Origin: Deltaproteobacteria bacterium
Lineage (GTDB): Bacteria; Desulfobacterota; Syntrophia; Syntrophales; UBA2192
DNA length: 34,359 bases
Assembly: GCA_026388445.1 (NCBI GenBank)
Contig: JAPLJU010000247.1
Coordinates: 1-34,359, forward strand
Direction: 5' to 3'
The translations under genes were made by a program, and so were the position numbers. The notes beneath the pieces were generated by a model. The model did not search any database and was not told the DNA's origin. It was given only the letters and a program-made list of their open reading frames with translations. Shown here one piece after another: positions 1-9,901 of the stretch (positions are counted from its first letter, which is position 1; each line of letters begins with the position of its first letter).

Positions 1-1284
1 GACGATGTACTTGTTGGCAACGTTGATAAACTCCCAGAGAGAAATGAGGCTCTTGTGAAAAGTCAACTCCCGGAAGGAGGCGTCAAAGTTCTCGAAGGTT
101 CTGAGCGCCCCTTCGGTGATCTTCCGATCGGTCTCTTCCGAAGCCCCGGCCTCGGGGACCTTCCCCTTGAAGTACTTGACGGCCATGGCGACCACCCGGC
201 TCACCAGGTTTCCGAGATCGTTGGCCAGGTCGGCATTGATTCTCTGGACGAGGGCCTCCTCGCTGAAGCTCGAATCGAGGCCGAAGACCATGTCGCGAAG
301 GAGAAAATAGCGGAAGGCGTCGAGGCCGTACTTGTCCTTGAGGTCCAGCGGCCGGACGACGTTGCCCAGGCTCTTGGACATCTTGCTCTGATCCACGTTC
401 CAGTAACCGTGGACATTGAGATTCTTGAAGGGGGGAATACCGGCGGCCCTCAGCATCGTCGGCCAGTAGATACCGTGGGGCTTGACGATGTCCTTGGCAA
501 TCAGGTGCTCCGAGGCGGCCCAATACTTACCGAAAACCTTCTTGCCGGGATAACCGATGCCCGTGACGTAATTGATCAGCGCGTCGAACCAGACATAGGT
601 GACGTAGTCCTTGTCCCAGGGGATCTCGATCCCCCAGGTAAGCCTGGACTTGGGCCGCGAGATGCACAGGTCCTCCAGGGGTTGCTGCAGGAAGGCGAGG
701 ACCTCGTTTCGGTATCGTTCGGGGCGGATAAATTCGGGGTTATCCCTGATGTACTGGATCAGCCAGCCCTGGTACTTGCTCATCCGGAAGAAATAGTTGC
801 TTTCCTCGCGAAACTCGGGGACCGTCTGGTGGTCAGGACATTTGCCGTCGACGAGTTCCGTCTCCGTGTAGAAGCGCTCACAGCCGACACAGTAATGGCC
901 GCCGTATTTTCCAAAGTAGATGTCCCCGGCATCGTACACTTTTTGGAGAATGTACTGAACGGTCTGCACGTGGTTCTCGTCCGTGGTGCGGATGAAGTAG
1001 TCGTTGGTTACGCTGAGCTGGGGCCACAGGTTTCGGAACTGGGCGCTGATGCGGTCGGTGAAGGCCTGGGGGGATTCATTCGCCTTGCGGGCCGCCTCGG
1101 CGATCTTGTCGCCATGCTCGTCGGTGCCCGTCATGAAGAAGACATCATATCCCGCCATGCGGTAGAACCGGGCCATGACATCGGCGACGATGGTCGTGTA
1201 GGCATGCCCGATGTGCGGGGATGCATTGACGTAGTAAATGGGCGTCGTCACGTAGAAGACTTTTTCCCGACTTTCACTCTTCAC
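1..1284 (-). CDS. metG: Methionine--tRNA ligase, N-terminal 428 codons (rest lies beyond the window start)
   Basis: Absent from the ORF track because it is open at the window edge. The reverse complement from GTG 1284 reads VKSESREKVFYVTTPIYYVNASPHIGHAYTTIVADVMARFYRMAGYDVFFMTGTDEHGDKI, which has the class I HIGH motif and a MetRS-type N-terminus. AGGAG lies 7 nt upstream of the GTG. Confidence 0.9.
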   Translation of the reverse strand, partial: MKSESREKVFYVTTPIYYVNASPHIGHAYTTIVADVMARFYRMAGYDVFFMTGTDEHGDKIAEAARKANESPQAFTDRISAQFRNLWPQLSVTNDYFIRTTDENHVQTVQYILQKVYDAGDIYFGKYGGHYCVGCERFYTETELVDGKCPDHQTVPEFREESNYFFRMSKYQGWLIQYIRDNPEFIRPERYRNEVLAFLQQPLEDLCISRPKSRLTWGIEIPWDKDYVTYVWFDALINYVTGIGYPGKKVFGKYWAASEHLIAKDIVKPHGIYWPTMLRAAGIPPFKNLNVHGYWNVDQSKMSKSLGNVVRPLDLKDKYGLDAFRYFLLRDMVFGLDSSFSEEALVQRINADLANDLGNLVSRVVAMAVKYFKGKVPEAGASEETDRKITEGALRTFENFDASFRELTFHKSLISLWEFINVANKYIV

Positions 1285-1401
1285 GGAGAGGCTCCTTTCA
1301 CCGGGGCGCTCCGACAGTCCCGATTTCAGGCGGGGTTCAACAGAGCGCGATCTGTATTATGGACTCCTTGCCGGGACGCTTCGCCCTCCGGGCGAAAAAC
1401 T

Positions 1402-2232
1402 TCACTTTTTGGGCGGATCCACACTTTCCTGGAGAAGGATTTCCTTCATCTTCTTCAAATCCAGCTCTACTTCCTTGCCCCCTTCCAGCTCCACGGAGAT
1501 GGTCCCTTTCAGGATATTCTGCCGGCTCACCTTCCCCGTCCCCTCGGGGGTCGTGATCCGTTTCCCGCACTTCGGCATGCCCCGTTTCATATCCAGATAG
1601 GCATCAAATTCAAAGGCCAGGCAGCACATGAGCCTTCCGCAGAGCCCCGATATCTTCTCCGGGTTCAGGGGCATGTTCTGCTCCTTGGCCATTTTGATGG
1701 ATACGCGGTCCAAATTGTAGAGAAAGTTCGTGCAGCAGATCTTTCTTCCGCAGATGCCGAGCCCGCCGAATATCCGGGATTCATTTCTGGCACCGATCTG
1801 CCGGAGTTCGATTCGTGTTTTAAACCGTTGGACCAGATCCTTCACGAGCTCCCGGAAGTCCACGCGGCTATCAGCGGTGAAATAAAAGATCAGTTTGCTC
1901 CGGTCGAAGTTACTCTCCACCTCGACCAGGTTCATCGGAAGTTCCCTCTCCTGAATCCTCCCCAGACAAAATTTAAAGGCCTCTTCCTCGAGACCGCGGT
2001 TTGATTCACTGGACCGGATGTCCTCTTCTGTGGCCTTGCGGACAATGTTCTTGAGATCCGTGGGCAGCTTGTGGAGGGGAACGGATTTCACCTCCGACAC
2101 GACCAGACCCATAGAAAGGCCGTTATCGGTATGGACGATGACCTGATCATTCTTTTTGAGGGGGATGTCGCCCGCACTGAAGCTGAAGACCTTCCCTTCC
2201 TTTTCAATCTTGACACTGACGATATTTTTCAA
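1402..2232 (-). CDS. ricT: PSP1-domain protein, YaaT/RicT-like
   Basis: 276-aa ORF with a YaaT-like N-terminus (IVSVKIEKEGKVFSFSAGDIPLKKNDQVIVHTDNGLSMGLVV) and a Cys cluster (GICGRKICC...GLCGRLMCC). The tmk-holB-yaaT-metG order matches Bacillus. The start codon at 2232 is TTG. Confidence 0.85.
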   Translation of the reverse strand: MKNIVSVKIEKEGKVFSFSAGDIPLKKNDQVIVHTDNGLSMGLVVSEVKSVPLHKLPTDLKNIVRKATEEDIRSSESNRGLEEEAFKFCLGRIQERELPMNLVEVESNFDRSKLIFYFTADSRVDFRELVKDLVQRFKTRIELRQIGARNESRIFGGLGICGRKICCTNFLYNLDRVSIKMAKEQNMPLNPEKISGLCGRLMCCLAFEFDAYLDMKRGMPKCGKRITTPEGTGKVSRQNILKGTISVELEGGKEVELDLKKMKEILLQESVDPPKK

Positions 2233-2306
2233 CGGTGCTCAATCTCCTTCCGGTGAGACCGGTACCCGACCGTGCCTCACAGACAGGATTGAATAATTTC
2301 ATGAGG

Positions 2307-3278
2307 TTATGCCTGTCCGGATAATTTAAAAGTCATTGCTTCCAAAGTCAACTGTTTATTCGCGTTCTTCTCCAGGGCATTGTAGGCCCATTCAATGGTG
2401 TCGATGGCCCGGAGGATCTCGGAGGGCGTCATGCCCCCGGCCATGGACTGGATGGCCTCTGCGAAGTCATGATGGATGAGTCTTTCCGTCCCCCCTGTCT
2501 CCTTGTAGACCAGCAGGTCCCGGTACCAGTTTTTCAGGATTTCGAACCGCAACTGGATTTCCTTCCTGTCCTTTCCGAAATCTCCGGCAAAGAGAATCCC
2601 CTTCATGGGATCCGAAAACCCTTCGCAGATTTTCTCGATGAACTGTTTTCTGCGGGCCAGATAGGACTCCCCGTGCATCTCCAGGGCCCTACCGATGCTC
2701 CCCCCCGAGGAGGCGGCCAGGACGGACGCCGTCTTTCTATCGAGGCCGATCTTTTCCTCGAGGTAACGGGCCACGACGTCGGCGGGTATCGGGTGGAAGC
2801 GAAGTTTCTGGCAGCGGGAGAGAATCGTCATGGGAAGCTGATAGGGACGCGAGCTGATCAGGATGAGGACATTGACAAGGGAGGGCTCCTCCAGGGTTTT
2901 AAGAAGAGAGTTCGCGGAGGCGATGTTCATCCTCTCCGCATCAACGAGAATGATGATCCGCTTACGTCCCTCAAGGGGCCTGAACCTCATCTGGTTCCGC
3001 AGATCGCGTATGTCCTCGATCTTGATGAACTGTCCCTGCGGCACGATGACGACCACATCGGGATGGTTTCCGCTTTCGACCTTCCGGCAGGCCGGGCAGA
3101 GGCCGCAGGCATCCAGCCGGTCGCAAAGAAGGGTCTTTGCGAAGGCCAGTGCCGTCGTTCTCTTCCCGATCCCCCGCATGCCGTGAAAAAGAAGGGCATG
3201 GGGGATCCGGCCTTTATCCATCGATCGCCTGAGGACGGCGAGTTGCTTATCCTGGCCATAGATACCCTCGAAGGACAC
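2307..3278 (-). CDS. holB: DNA polymerase III subunit delta'
   Basis: P-loop-like HGMRGIGKRTTALAFAKTLLC, Cys module CGLCPACRK and the SRCQ box (LSRCQKLRF). The track ORF runs to 3353 but that extension overlaps tmk. The likely start is GTG 3278 (MSFEGIYGQ...), 4 nt after the tmk stop and 7 nt after AAGAGG. Confidence 0.85.
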   Translation of the reverse strand: MSFEGIYGQDKQLAVLRRSMDKGRIPHALLFHGMRGIGKRTTALAFAKTLLCDRLDACGLCPACRKVESGNHPDVVVIVPQGQFIKIEDIRDLRNQMRFRPLEGRKRIIILVDAERMNIASANSLLKTLEEPSLVNVLILISSRPYQLPMTILSRCQKLRFHPIPADVVARYLEEKIGLDRKTASVLAASSGGSIGRALEMHGESYLARRKQFIEKICEGFSDPMKGILFAGDFGKDRKEIQLRFEILKNWYRDLLVYKETGGTERLIHHDFAEAIQSMAGGMTPSEILRAIDTIEWAYNALEKNANKQLTLEAMTFKLSGQA

Positions 3279-3282
3279 GGCA

Positions 3283-3924
3283 TCACCTCTTGATCGCCGC
3301 GTCGATGAGGGCACAGACGTCCCGGTGGATCTCATCGATTTTCCGCGATCCATCTATGACCCTGAACCGGCCAGGTTCCTGCCCTGCAAGTTCCAGATAA
3401 CCTTTCCGGATTCTGTCATGAAATTCCCCGGCCTCCTGCTCAAAGCGGTCCTCGGGTGCGGATCCTTTTCTTTTCGATATTCTTCTCAAGGCCCTCTTCA
3501 ATCCCACTTCGACAGGAACATCAAAGAGAAGGGTCAGATCAGGGGTCAGGGAACCGGAGGCAAAATCGATGACCCGCCTGACGGTATCGGTGTCGAGCCT
3601 CCTGCCGTAGCCCTGATAGGCGATGGTCGCATCAGAGTATCGGTCGCATAGAACCACCTTGTTTTCCCTCAGGGCGGGGAGGATGACGTCCTCCACATGC
3701 TGCGCCCGGGCCGCCGCAAAAAGAAGAACCTCCGCGTTCGGGCCGATCCGGAAGGATCCCCTGTTCAGCAGGATCTGCCGGATCTTATTGGAAAGCGGTG
3801 TCCCGCCGGGCTCCTGGGTCACAATCAGAGGGACGCCCTTCTGCTGAAGATATCCAGCCGCCAGCCTGACCTGCGTGGTCTTGCCGCAGCCTTCAATGCC
3901 TTCAAAGGTGATGAAGAGTCCCAT
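3283..3924 (-). CDS. tmk: Thymidylate kinase
   Basis: MGLFITFEGIEGCGKTTQ P-loop and a CDRYSDATIAYQG (DRY) motif. The start is trimmed to ATG 3924 because the upstream ORF extension has no family match. Confidence 0.9.
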   Translation of the reverse strand: MGLFITFEGIEGCGKTTQVRLAAGYLQQKGVPLIVTQEPGGTPLSNKIRQILLNRGSFRIGPNAEVLLFAAARAQHVEDVILPALRENKVVLCDRYSDATIAYQGYGRRLDTDTVRRVIDFASGSLTPDLTLLFDVPVEVGLKRALRRISKRKGSAPEDRFEQEAGEFHDRIRKGYLELAGQEPGRFRVIDGSRKIDEIHRDVCALIDAAIKR

Positions 3925-4032
3925 AAGAACCGTTACCCGGAGCGTCAGGATGCTGAAAAATAAAGAAGGGGAATCTAGAGCCCTCTGGAGGGTCACCGGA
4001 TTCCCCTTGCGATTCGCTGTGATGCCGACGGA

Positions 4033-4239
<207 letters not shown>

Positions 4240-4374
4240 CTATTTTTAATACCGTAAAAAATCCAGCTCACGAACCCGTCGATTGCCGAGGGAGCCGGAT
4301 GATGTCCGTCGCTCTATCGCAAATTTATCCGCATTATTCAACCTTTTTATGAAGATGTCTTCTTCCCGGGAAAA

Positions 4375-4596
4375 TCACACAGATTCAACCCTCTGGACCT
4401 CGGGAACCAATTTCTTCAGGTAGCTTTCGATCCCCATCTTCAGGGTCATCTGAGACATGGGACAGCCCTTGCAGGCCCCCAGCAGCCTCACCTTCACCAC
4501 ACCATCCTCCGTGACATCGACCAGCTCCACGTCCCCACCGTCGGCCTGAAGATTCGGCCTGATTTTATCGATGATTTCCTTAACCTTTTCTTTCAT
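4375..4596 (-). CDS. NifU C-terminal (Nfu-like) Fe-S assembly domain protein
   Basis: [28 protein letters not shown]...[14 protein letters not shown] shows the typical Nfu CxxC domain. ATG 4596 is preceded by GGAGAT. Confidence 0.8.
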   Translation of the reverse strand: MKEKVKEIIDKIRPNLQADGGDVELVDVTEDGVVKVRLLGACKGCPMSQMTLKMGIESYLKKLVPEVQRVESV

Positions 4597-4716
4597 CGCA
4601 ATATCTCCATTTTCCTTTAATGTAACCACGATTCCCGGAAGGGCAAACAACTTCCGCGTCCGGGTTCATTTTCCTCTTGCCTCTTGCCCTTCACCCGGTG
4701 CCTGATGGCCCTTTTT

Positions 4717-5304
4717 TCAATGGGGCATCCTGTCGACCATCTGGTCGACGATCTTTTTTGCCACTTTCACAAGCTCGGGCCGCCACCACCTGTATTTTTC
4801 CTGGACCTCGTGCCGGGCGCTCCAGATAACCGCCCCCGTGTCGGCCTCCACCAGGGTCAGGCCCAAGCCGACTCTCGCCACTTTGTTTTCTCCGAGAGTG
4901 GTGTATTCCCAGAAGTCGAGAGTGGAGACAAGCAGCACATCAACACGAAAGGCAGAACCCATCTTCCTGGAAAGATCGGGATCCGAGAAATTGACCGTCG
5001 TCAGCTTTGACAGGTAATCGGCCATGGCCTTACCGAGTTCTTCATCTTTGGCTATCTCATCCTGTATGGTCGAGGACGGCAGAACCCTCTCAAACCACCT
5101 TCTCTTCATCAGGTCATCGGCGATGATCTTGTCGATGGTGCCCTTTGCCTCGGTGTTGATCCCTACGCCCACAGGGAGAACGCCGACGGCCTTCGGGTGA
5201 AAATTCTTGGCCTCGGGCGTGGTCTTGACGTACTGCAGCTCCCCGCAGCCGCTGAGGGCCATCAGGGCAGAGACCAGCAGAAACCCGATGATTCCCCGAA
5301 CCAT
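4717..5304 (-). CDS. Putative lipoprotein of unknown function
   Basis: Signal peptide plus lipobox: MVRGIIGFLLVSALMALSG|C. GGAGG lies 6 nt upstream of ATG 5304. The longer track ORF (to 5427) has an implausible N-terminal extension. Confidence 0.7.
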   Translation of the reverse strand: MVRGIIGFLLVSALMALSGCGELQYVKTTPEAKNFHPKAVGVLPVGVGINTEAKGTIDKIIADDLMKRRWFERVLPSSTIQDEIAKDEELGKAMADYLSKLTTVNFSDPDLSRKMGSAFRVDVLLVSTLDFWEYTTLGENKVARVGLGLTLVEADTGAVIWSARHEVQEKYRWWRPELVKVAKKIVDQMVDRMPH

Positions 5305-5482
5305 GTTCATCCTCCAGCAGACAGATTTTTTCACGTCATGCAACACATCGAAACCCATGGGTAAGCACGTTTCGAACCGGAGCGGGAAGTACCTTGGCAG
5401 GTGAAAGGGGGCAGGCTCAACCACCATTCTTCAACCGCCACGGCCGGTGCAGGTCATAAAGGTCTGCGATTCCGGTCATTTT

Positions 5483-7234
5483 TCAGGGCACCATCCTAAA
5501 AAGGAAAAGGGCCCTGAAAACAGACCAGACGGTGGCCACGAGTCCGGCTAAAACATAGTTTGTTTCCAGAAACCCGTTCAGCACGGCGGCGGAAAACGCC
5601 GCTTTTCTATCACAAAGCTCGAAACAAATCCACATGTAAAACACGCAGGCCAGCAGCACGAAACTCACCGTGGAGGTCCATCCCAGGGGAAAGGCCACAG
5701 CCAGCAGCAGGAACAGAAAAAGAGAAAGCCCCTCCATGAGCCGTCTCGTCCGTTCCTCTCCGATGACGACCGGAATCGTCTCACGACCCATGAGCCGGTC
5801 ACTCTGGATGTCCATGAGATCCGAAAGGGCGGACCGGACGAAGACAACAGTGAAGGTGAAAAGAAAAGCAACCATCATGGACGGCTTGACGACGATATCG
5901 ACATCCACCTGGGGAACAACGGCCACAACGACGGCCCATGCCACGGCCATGAAAGAGTTCTTTGTGCCGGGCAGGTCTTTCAGCTTCCGGAAGCGCCAGC
6001 TTTTCGGGAAAATCCTCGTATTGTAGAGGGCGCCCACGATCGAGATGAAGGACAGAACAAGGAAAGGCTCAAGACCGATCAGATAAGCCGACAGGAGAGA
6101 GATGAACATGCAGAAAATGGCCACGACGGTGAAGGCCTTCTCATGCCTCAGATAGGACTCTTCCCGAAAGGACCCTTTGAACGGGGTGGATTCCCGGTCG
6201 ATGAGGCGGTTGAGCGTATGCACGGAAAATACATAGGCGGAGGCCATGAGAACGGCGAGAGGGTTCAGGGATTCCCTCTGAAGGAAAGCCGAAGCGACGG
6301 CGAGGCAGCCAGCCCCCAGGGCCGAATAGATATCCGTTCTCACCGTCAGAAGCCAGAAATTGATCAGGCGCTGTTTCAGCGTCCTTCTCTTTTGACTCAG
6401 CCTGCCGGTGATGTGGTCGACAACACGCTCGATGATCCAGTTGGGGGTCGAGGCGCCGGCGGAAATCCCGATCCGCTCGTACGCATCGATGGAGATCCTG
6501 TCCAGTTCCTCAGCCGTCTCAATGTGGAAGGTGGGGATGCCCTTCGCCGTTGAAATTCGTGCGAGCCTGCGGGTGTTGGCGCTGTTTTTTCCTCCGACGA
6601 TGAAGATGGCGTCCATCTCGGAGGCTAGATTCCTGATCTCCGACTGTCTCTCCTCCGTGGAGTCGCAGATGGTATCGAAGACCACCACGTCCGGAAACCG
6701 TGCCTGGACCTTTTTGATGATCTCGGCGTATTCCTCGGAACTCTGCGTCGTCTGGGCAACCACACAGACATGCTCCAGCGCGGGCAGGGCCTCCACGTCC
6801 TCCAGCCGTCCGATCACGATACCATGCCCGGAGCTGTACCCGAGAAGGCCGTCCACCTCCGGGTGCTCCCTGTCACCCACGATGAGCACGGCATAGCCCC
6901 TGGCGGCGTGCTTCTTGATGATAGCCTGGACGCGGCCCACCCGGGGGCAGGTGGCATCGATGATTTTCAGACCCTTGTCCTGCAGGACCTTTCGTTCCTG
7001 CGGCGAGATCCCGTGGGCGCGGATGATGATGGTGCCTTCTTCAACGTCGCTCAAATCGGTGACGGGGATGATCCCCCGCTTCTTCAAGAGCTCCACCGTC
7101 TGCGGGTTATGAATCAGGGGACCGTAAGTGTATATCTTTTCTTCCCCCTTGTGCTGGGCGATATCGAGCACCATATCGACGGCCCTTTTCACGCCCATGC
7201 AGAAACCCGCTGTCCTGGCCAGCTTAATCTCCAT
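5483..7234 (-). CDS. ispH: IspH (HMBPP reductase) fused to a C-terminal UbiA-like polytopic membrane domain
   Basis: Residues 1-~280 are a complete IspH with three cluster cysteines (FC12MGV, ATC96P, TIC190DS). Residues ~290-583 are hydrophobic helices with a UbiA-type second Asp motif, DLMDIQSDRLMGRETIP. It is one uninterrupted ORF. Confidence 0.85.
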   Translation of the reverse strand: MEIKLARTAGFCMGVKRAVDMVLDIAQHKGEEKIYTYGPLIHNPQTVELLKKRGIIPVTDLSDVEEGTIIIRAHGISPQERKVLQDKGLKIIDATCPRVGRVQAIIKKHAARGYAVLIVGDREHPEVDGLLGYSSGHGIVIGRLEDVEALPALEHVCVVAQTTQSSEEYAEIIKKVQARFPDVVVFDTICDSTEERQSEIRNLASEMDAIFIVGGKNSANTRRLARISTAKGIPTFHIETAEELDRISIDAYERIGISAGASTPNWIIERVVDHITGRLSQKRRTLKQRLINFWLLTVRTDIYSALGAGCLAVASAFLQRESLNPLAVLMASAYVFSVHTLNRLIDRESTPFKGSFREESYLRHEKAFTVVAIFCMFISLLSAYLIGLEPFLVLSFISIVGALYNTRIFPKSWRFRKLKDLPGTKNSFMAVAWAVVVAVVPQVDVDIVVKPSMMVAFLFTFTVVFVRSALSDLMDIQSDRLMGRETIPVVIGEERTRRLMEGLSLFLFLLLAVAFPLGWTSTVSFVLLACVFYMWICFELCDRKAAFSAAVLNGFLETNYVLAGLVATVWSVFRALFLFRMVP

Positions 7235-7988
7235 CGTTTCCAGCTTGTTTTCTCAGATAGATGAAAAACTCTTTGTTGCCCGCTGGGCCCAAGAGAGGGG
7301 ATTCGCAGATCCCCTTGACTTCCAAGTGGAGCCCCTGACTGAACCCGGTCATGTCTTCGATCACCCTCTCATGCGTGGCGGGATCCGTGACGACGCCCTT
7401 CTTTCCCACCTCTCCTTTTCCGACTTCGAACTGGGGTTTGATGAGGGCCAGGATGGAAGCCTTTTCCCCGATGAGACTCACCACCCGGGGAAGGACGAGC
7501 TTGAGCGATATAAAGGAGGTGTCCACCGTGGCGATATCGACGGTGTCCTCGATGCCCCTGCCGTCGAAGAAGCGGATGTTCGTCTTCTCGAAGAGGACGA
7601 CCCTCTCGTCCTTCCGCAATTTCCAGGCGAACTGTCCGTAGCCCACATCGACAGCGTAAACCTTCTTGGCCCCCGCCTGGAGGAGGCAATCCGTGAACCC
7701 GCCCGTGGAGGCCCCCACGTCAAGGGCTACAAGCCCCGCCACATCGATGCCAAAGGCGTCGAGGGCGCTCTTGAGTTTAACGCCCCCCCGGCCCACGTAG
7801 GGATGATCCTCGCCCTTGAGGCGGATCTCCGCGTCGGCCGCCACCAGGGTCCCGGCCTTGTCCACCCGCCTTTCACCGACCATGACGACGCCGGCAAGGA
7901 TAAGGGCCCTCGCTCTTTCGCGTGTCGGGGCGATTCCCCGCTCCACGAGAAGCCTGTCAAGTCTCACCTTGATGTTTTTTGGACGCAT
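7224..7988 (-). CDS. tlyA: TlyA-family rRNA 2'-O-methyltransferase (S4 + FtsJ domains)
   Basis: From ATG 7988: MRPKNIKVRLDRLLVERGIAPTRERARALILAGVV (S4 domain) and LDVGASTGGFTDCLLQAGAKKVYAVDVG (SAM site). The track extension to 8246 overlaps dxs. Confidence 0.85.
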   Translation of the reverse strand: MRPKNIKVRLDRLLVERGIAPTRERARALILAGVVMVGERRVDKAGTLVAADAEIRLKGEDHPYVGRGGVKLKSALDAFGIDVAGLVALDVGASTGGFTDCLLQAGAKKVYAVDVGYGQFAWKLRKDERVVLFEKTNIRFFDGRGIEDTVDIATVDTSFISLKLVLPRVVSLIGEKASILALIKPQFEVGKGEVGKKGVVTDPATHERVIEDMTGFSQGLHLEVKGICESPLLGPAGNKEFFIYLRKQAGNDGD

Positions 7989-8005
7989 GGATGAGCGGAA
8001 GGGGC

Positions 8006-9874
8006 CTAACGGGAAATCATCTGCCGGACGGCTTCCTTGATCCCCTCCTCGTCGATACCGTATTTTCGCCTCAGTTCCGCCTGCGTGGCGTGCTCGACAA
8101 AGACATCGGGAATCCCGAGCCTCTTCACAGCGACATCCCGGATGCCTCTCTCCTGAAACATCTCGAGCACAGCGCTCCCGAAGCCGCCCATGAGGACGTT
8201 TTCCTCCACCGTGATGACCCGCTTCACCGTGGCGACGATGGAGCACAGAAGCTCGGCATCCAGGGGCTTGACAAAGCGGCAGTTGACAACAACCACATGG
8301 ATGCCCTCGGTCTCGAGTTGCCGCGCGGCCGAAAGCGCGGGATAGACCGTGGACCCGATGGCCAGGAGGACGAGGTCTTTGCCCTCTTTCAAGACCTCGC
8401 CTTTGCCAATCTCGAGAAGCCGCGGAGGATCCTCCAGGGGCACGCCCACACCCCGGCCCCGGGGATATCGAATGGAGACGGGGCCGGAATGCTCAACGGC
8501 GGTCTTGAGCATGTGCCGGAGCTCGTTTTCATCCTTGGGCGCCATGACAACCAGGTTGGGGATGGACCTCAGGTAGGACAGATCGAAGAGCCCCTGGTGT
8601 GTTGCGCCGTCCTCGCCGGCGATGCCCCCGCGGTCGAGGACAAAGACCACCGGCAGATTCTGCAGACAGACATCGTGGAGGACCTGGTCATAGGCCCTCT
8701 GGAGAAAGGTGGAATAGATGGCCACGACGGGTTTGAATCCTTCCACGGCGATCCCCGCCGCCAGCGTCACGCCGTGCTGCTCCGCAATGCCGACATCATA
8801 GAATCGCTCCGGCAGTTCCCCGCAGAACGGATCCAGGCCCGTGCCGGAGCACATGGCCGCGGTGATGGCCACGATCTTTGGATTTTCTCTTGCGAATTGA
8901 ACGAGGGTCCTGCCAAAGACCTCCGTGTAGGTGGGAGGGCTGGCACCGTCGGACAGCGGCTGACCGGTCTCCCGGTTGAAAGGCCCCACGCCGTGAAAAC
9001 GCGACGGCTCTTCCTCGGCGAAGCGGTATCCCTTGCCCTTCTTCGTGACGACATGAACGAGGACGGGTCTCTTGAGCTCCTTCACATTCCGGAGGTTCTT
9101 GATGAGATGATCGAGTCGATGACCTTCCAGGGGTCCAACGTACTGAAACCCCAGCTCCTCAAAGAGGACCCCGGGGACGAAAAGACCCTTCAGCGATTCC
9201 TCGGCCTGCCGGGTGAATTTCACCACCTGTTCACCGATGTTGGGGATGGTCTTCAGAAAATTCTTCACGTCCGTCCTGAACTTCGTCATCTTGTGCCCCG
9301 TCATGATGCGGTTCAGATAGGAGGACAGGGCCCCCACGTTGTGGGAAATGGACATCTCGTTGTCATTTAAAACGATGATGAGATCTTTCTTTCGGTCGCC
9401 GGCCCAGTTGAGGGCCTCGAAGGCCATCCCCGCCGTGAGCGATCCATCACCGATGACAACGATCACCTTGAAATCTTCGCCTTTCAGGCATCGGGCTTCA
9501 GCAATCCCGGCTGCGGCCGATATGGAAGTGCTACTGTGACCCGCGTTGAAGGCATCGTAGATGCTCTCCTCCCTGCGGGTGAAACCGCTGATACCGTCCT
9601 TCTGGCGGAGGGTGTGAAAGCGCTCCCTTCGGCCCGTGATGATCTTGTGGGCATAGGCCTGATGTCCCACGTCCCAGACGATCTTGTCCCGGGGGGTATC
9701 GAAGACATAATGGAGCGCCAGTGTCAGTTCCACCGCTCCGAGCGACGAGGCGAGGTGTCCCCCGGTATGGGACACGGTCTCAATGATTTTCTTACGAATC
9801 TCCCCGGCCAGAATCTCCATCTCTCCCAGCTGAAGATTCTTGATGTCCGCAGGTGAGTTGATCTTCTCAAGCAT
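8006..9874 (-). CDS. dxs: 1-deoxy-D-xylulose-5-phosphate synthase
   Basis: 622 aa with GGHLASSLGAVELT and the ThDP motif IGDGSLTAGMAFEALN...LNDNEMSI. Similarity to Dxs runs the full length. Confidence 0.95.
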   Translation of the reverse strand: MLEKINSPADIKNLQLGEMEILAGEIRKKIIETVSHTGGHLASSLGAVELTLALHYVFDTPRDKIVWDVGHQAYAHKIITGRRERFHTLRQKDGISGFTRREESIYDAFNAGHSSTSISAAAGIAEARCLKGEDFKVIVVIGDGSLTAGMAFEALNWAGDRKKDLIIVLNDNEMSISHNVGALSSYLNRIMTGHKMTKFRTDVKNFLKTIPNIGEQVVKFTRQAEESLKGLFVPGVLFEELGFQYVGPLEGHRLDHLIKNLRNVKELKRPVLVHVVTKKGKGYRFAEEEPSRFHGVGPFNRETGQPLSDGASPPTYTEVFGRTLVQFARENPKIVAITAAMCSGTGLDPFCGELPERFYDVGIAEQHGVTLAAGIAVEGFKPVVAIYSTFLQRAYDQVLHDVCLQNLPVVFVLDRGGIAGEDGATHQGLFDLSYLRSIPNLVVMAPKDENELRHMLKTAVEHSGPVSIRYPRGRGVGVPLEDPPRLLEIGKGEVLKEGKDLVLLAIGSTVYPALSAARQLETEGIHVVVVNCRFVKPLDAELLCSIVATVKRVITVEENVLMGGFGSAVLEMFQERGIRDVAVKRLGIPDVFVEHATQAELRRKYGIDEEGIKEAVRQMISR

Positions 9875-9901
9875 GAGCTTTAGACCTCATGAGGATGACC
9901 A

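Noticed and set aside
55-2004. 649-aa plus-strand ORF, the longest in the first 2 kb
   Set aside because: It is antisense to metG and ricT, which have unmistakable family signatures. Its translation is low-complexity (rich in G/L/P/D/V/E) with no recognisable motifs. It is a typical shadow ORF of GC-rich DNA.
2469-3293. 274-aa plus-strand ORF and other ORFs nested in holB/tmk
   Set aside because: Shadow ORFs opposite holB. They have no start context or family resemblance.
7128-9370. Long plus-strand ORFs 7128-7994 (288 aa) and 7979-9370 (463 aa)
   Set aside because: They are antisense to tlyA and dxs. They have no motifs and the composition typical of reverse-frame reading. The minus-strand genes explain the region fully.
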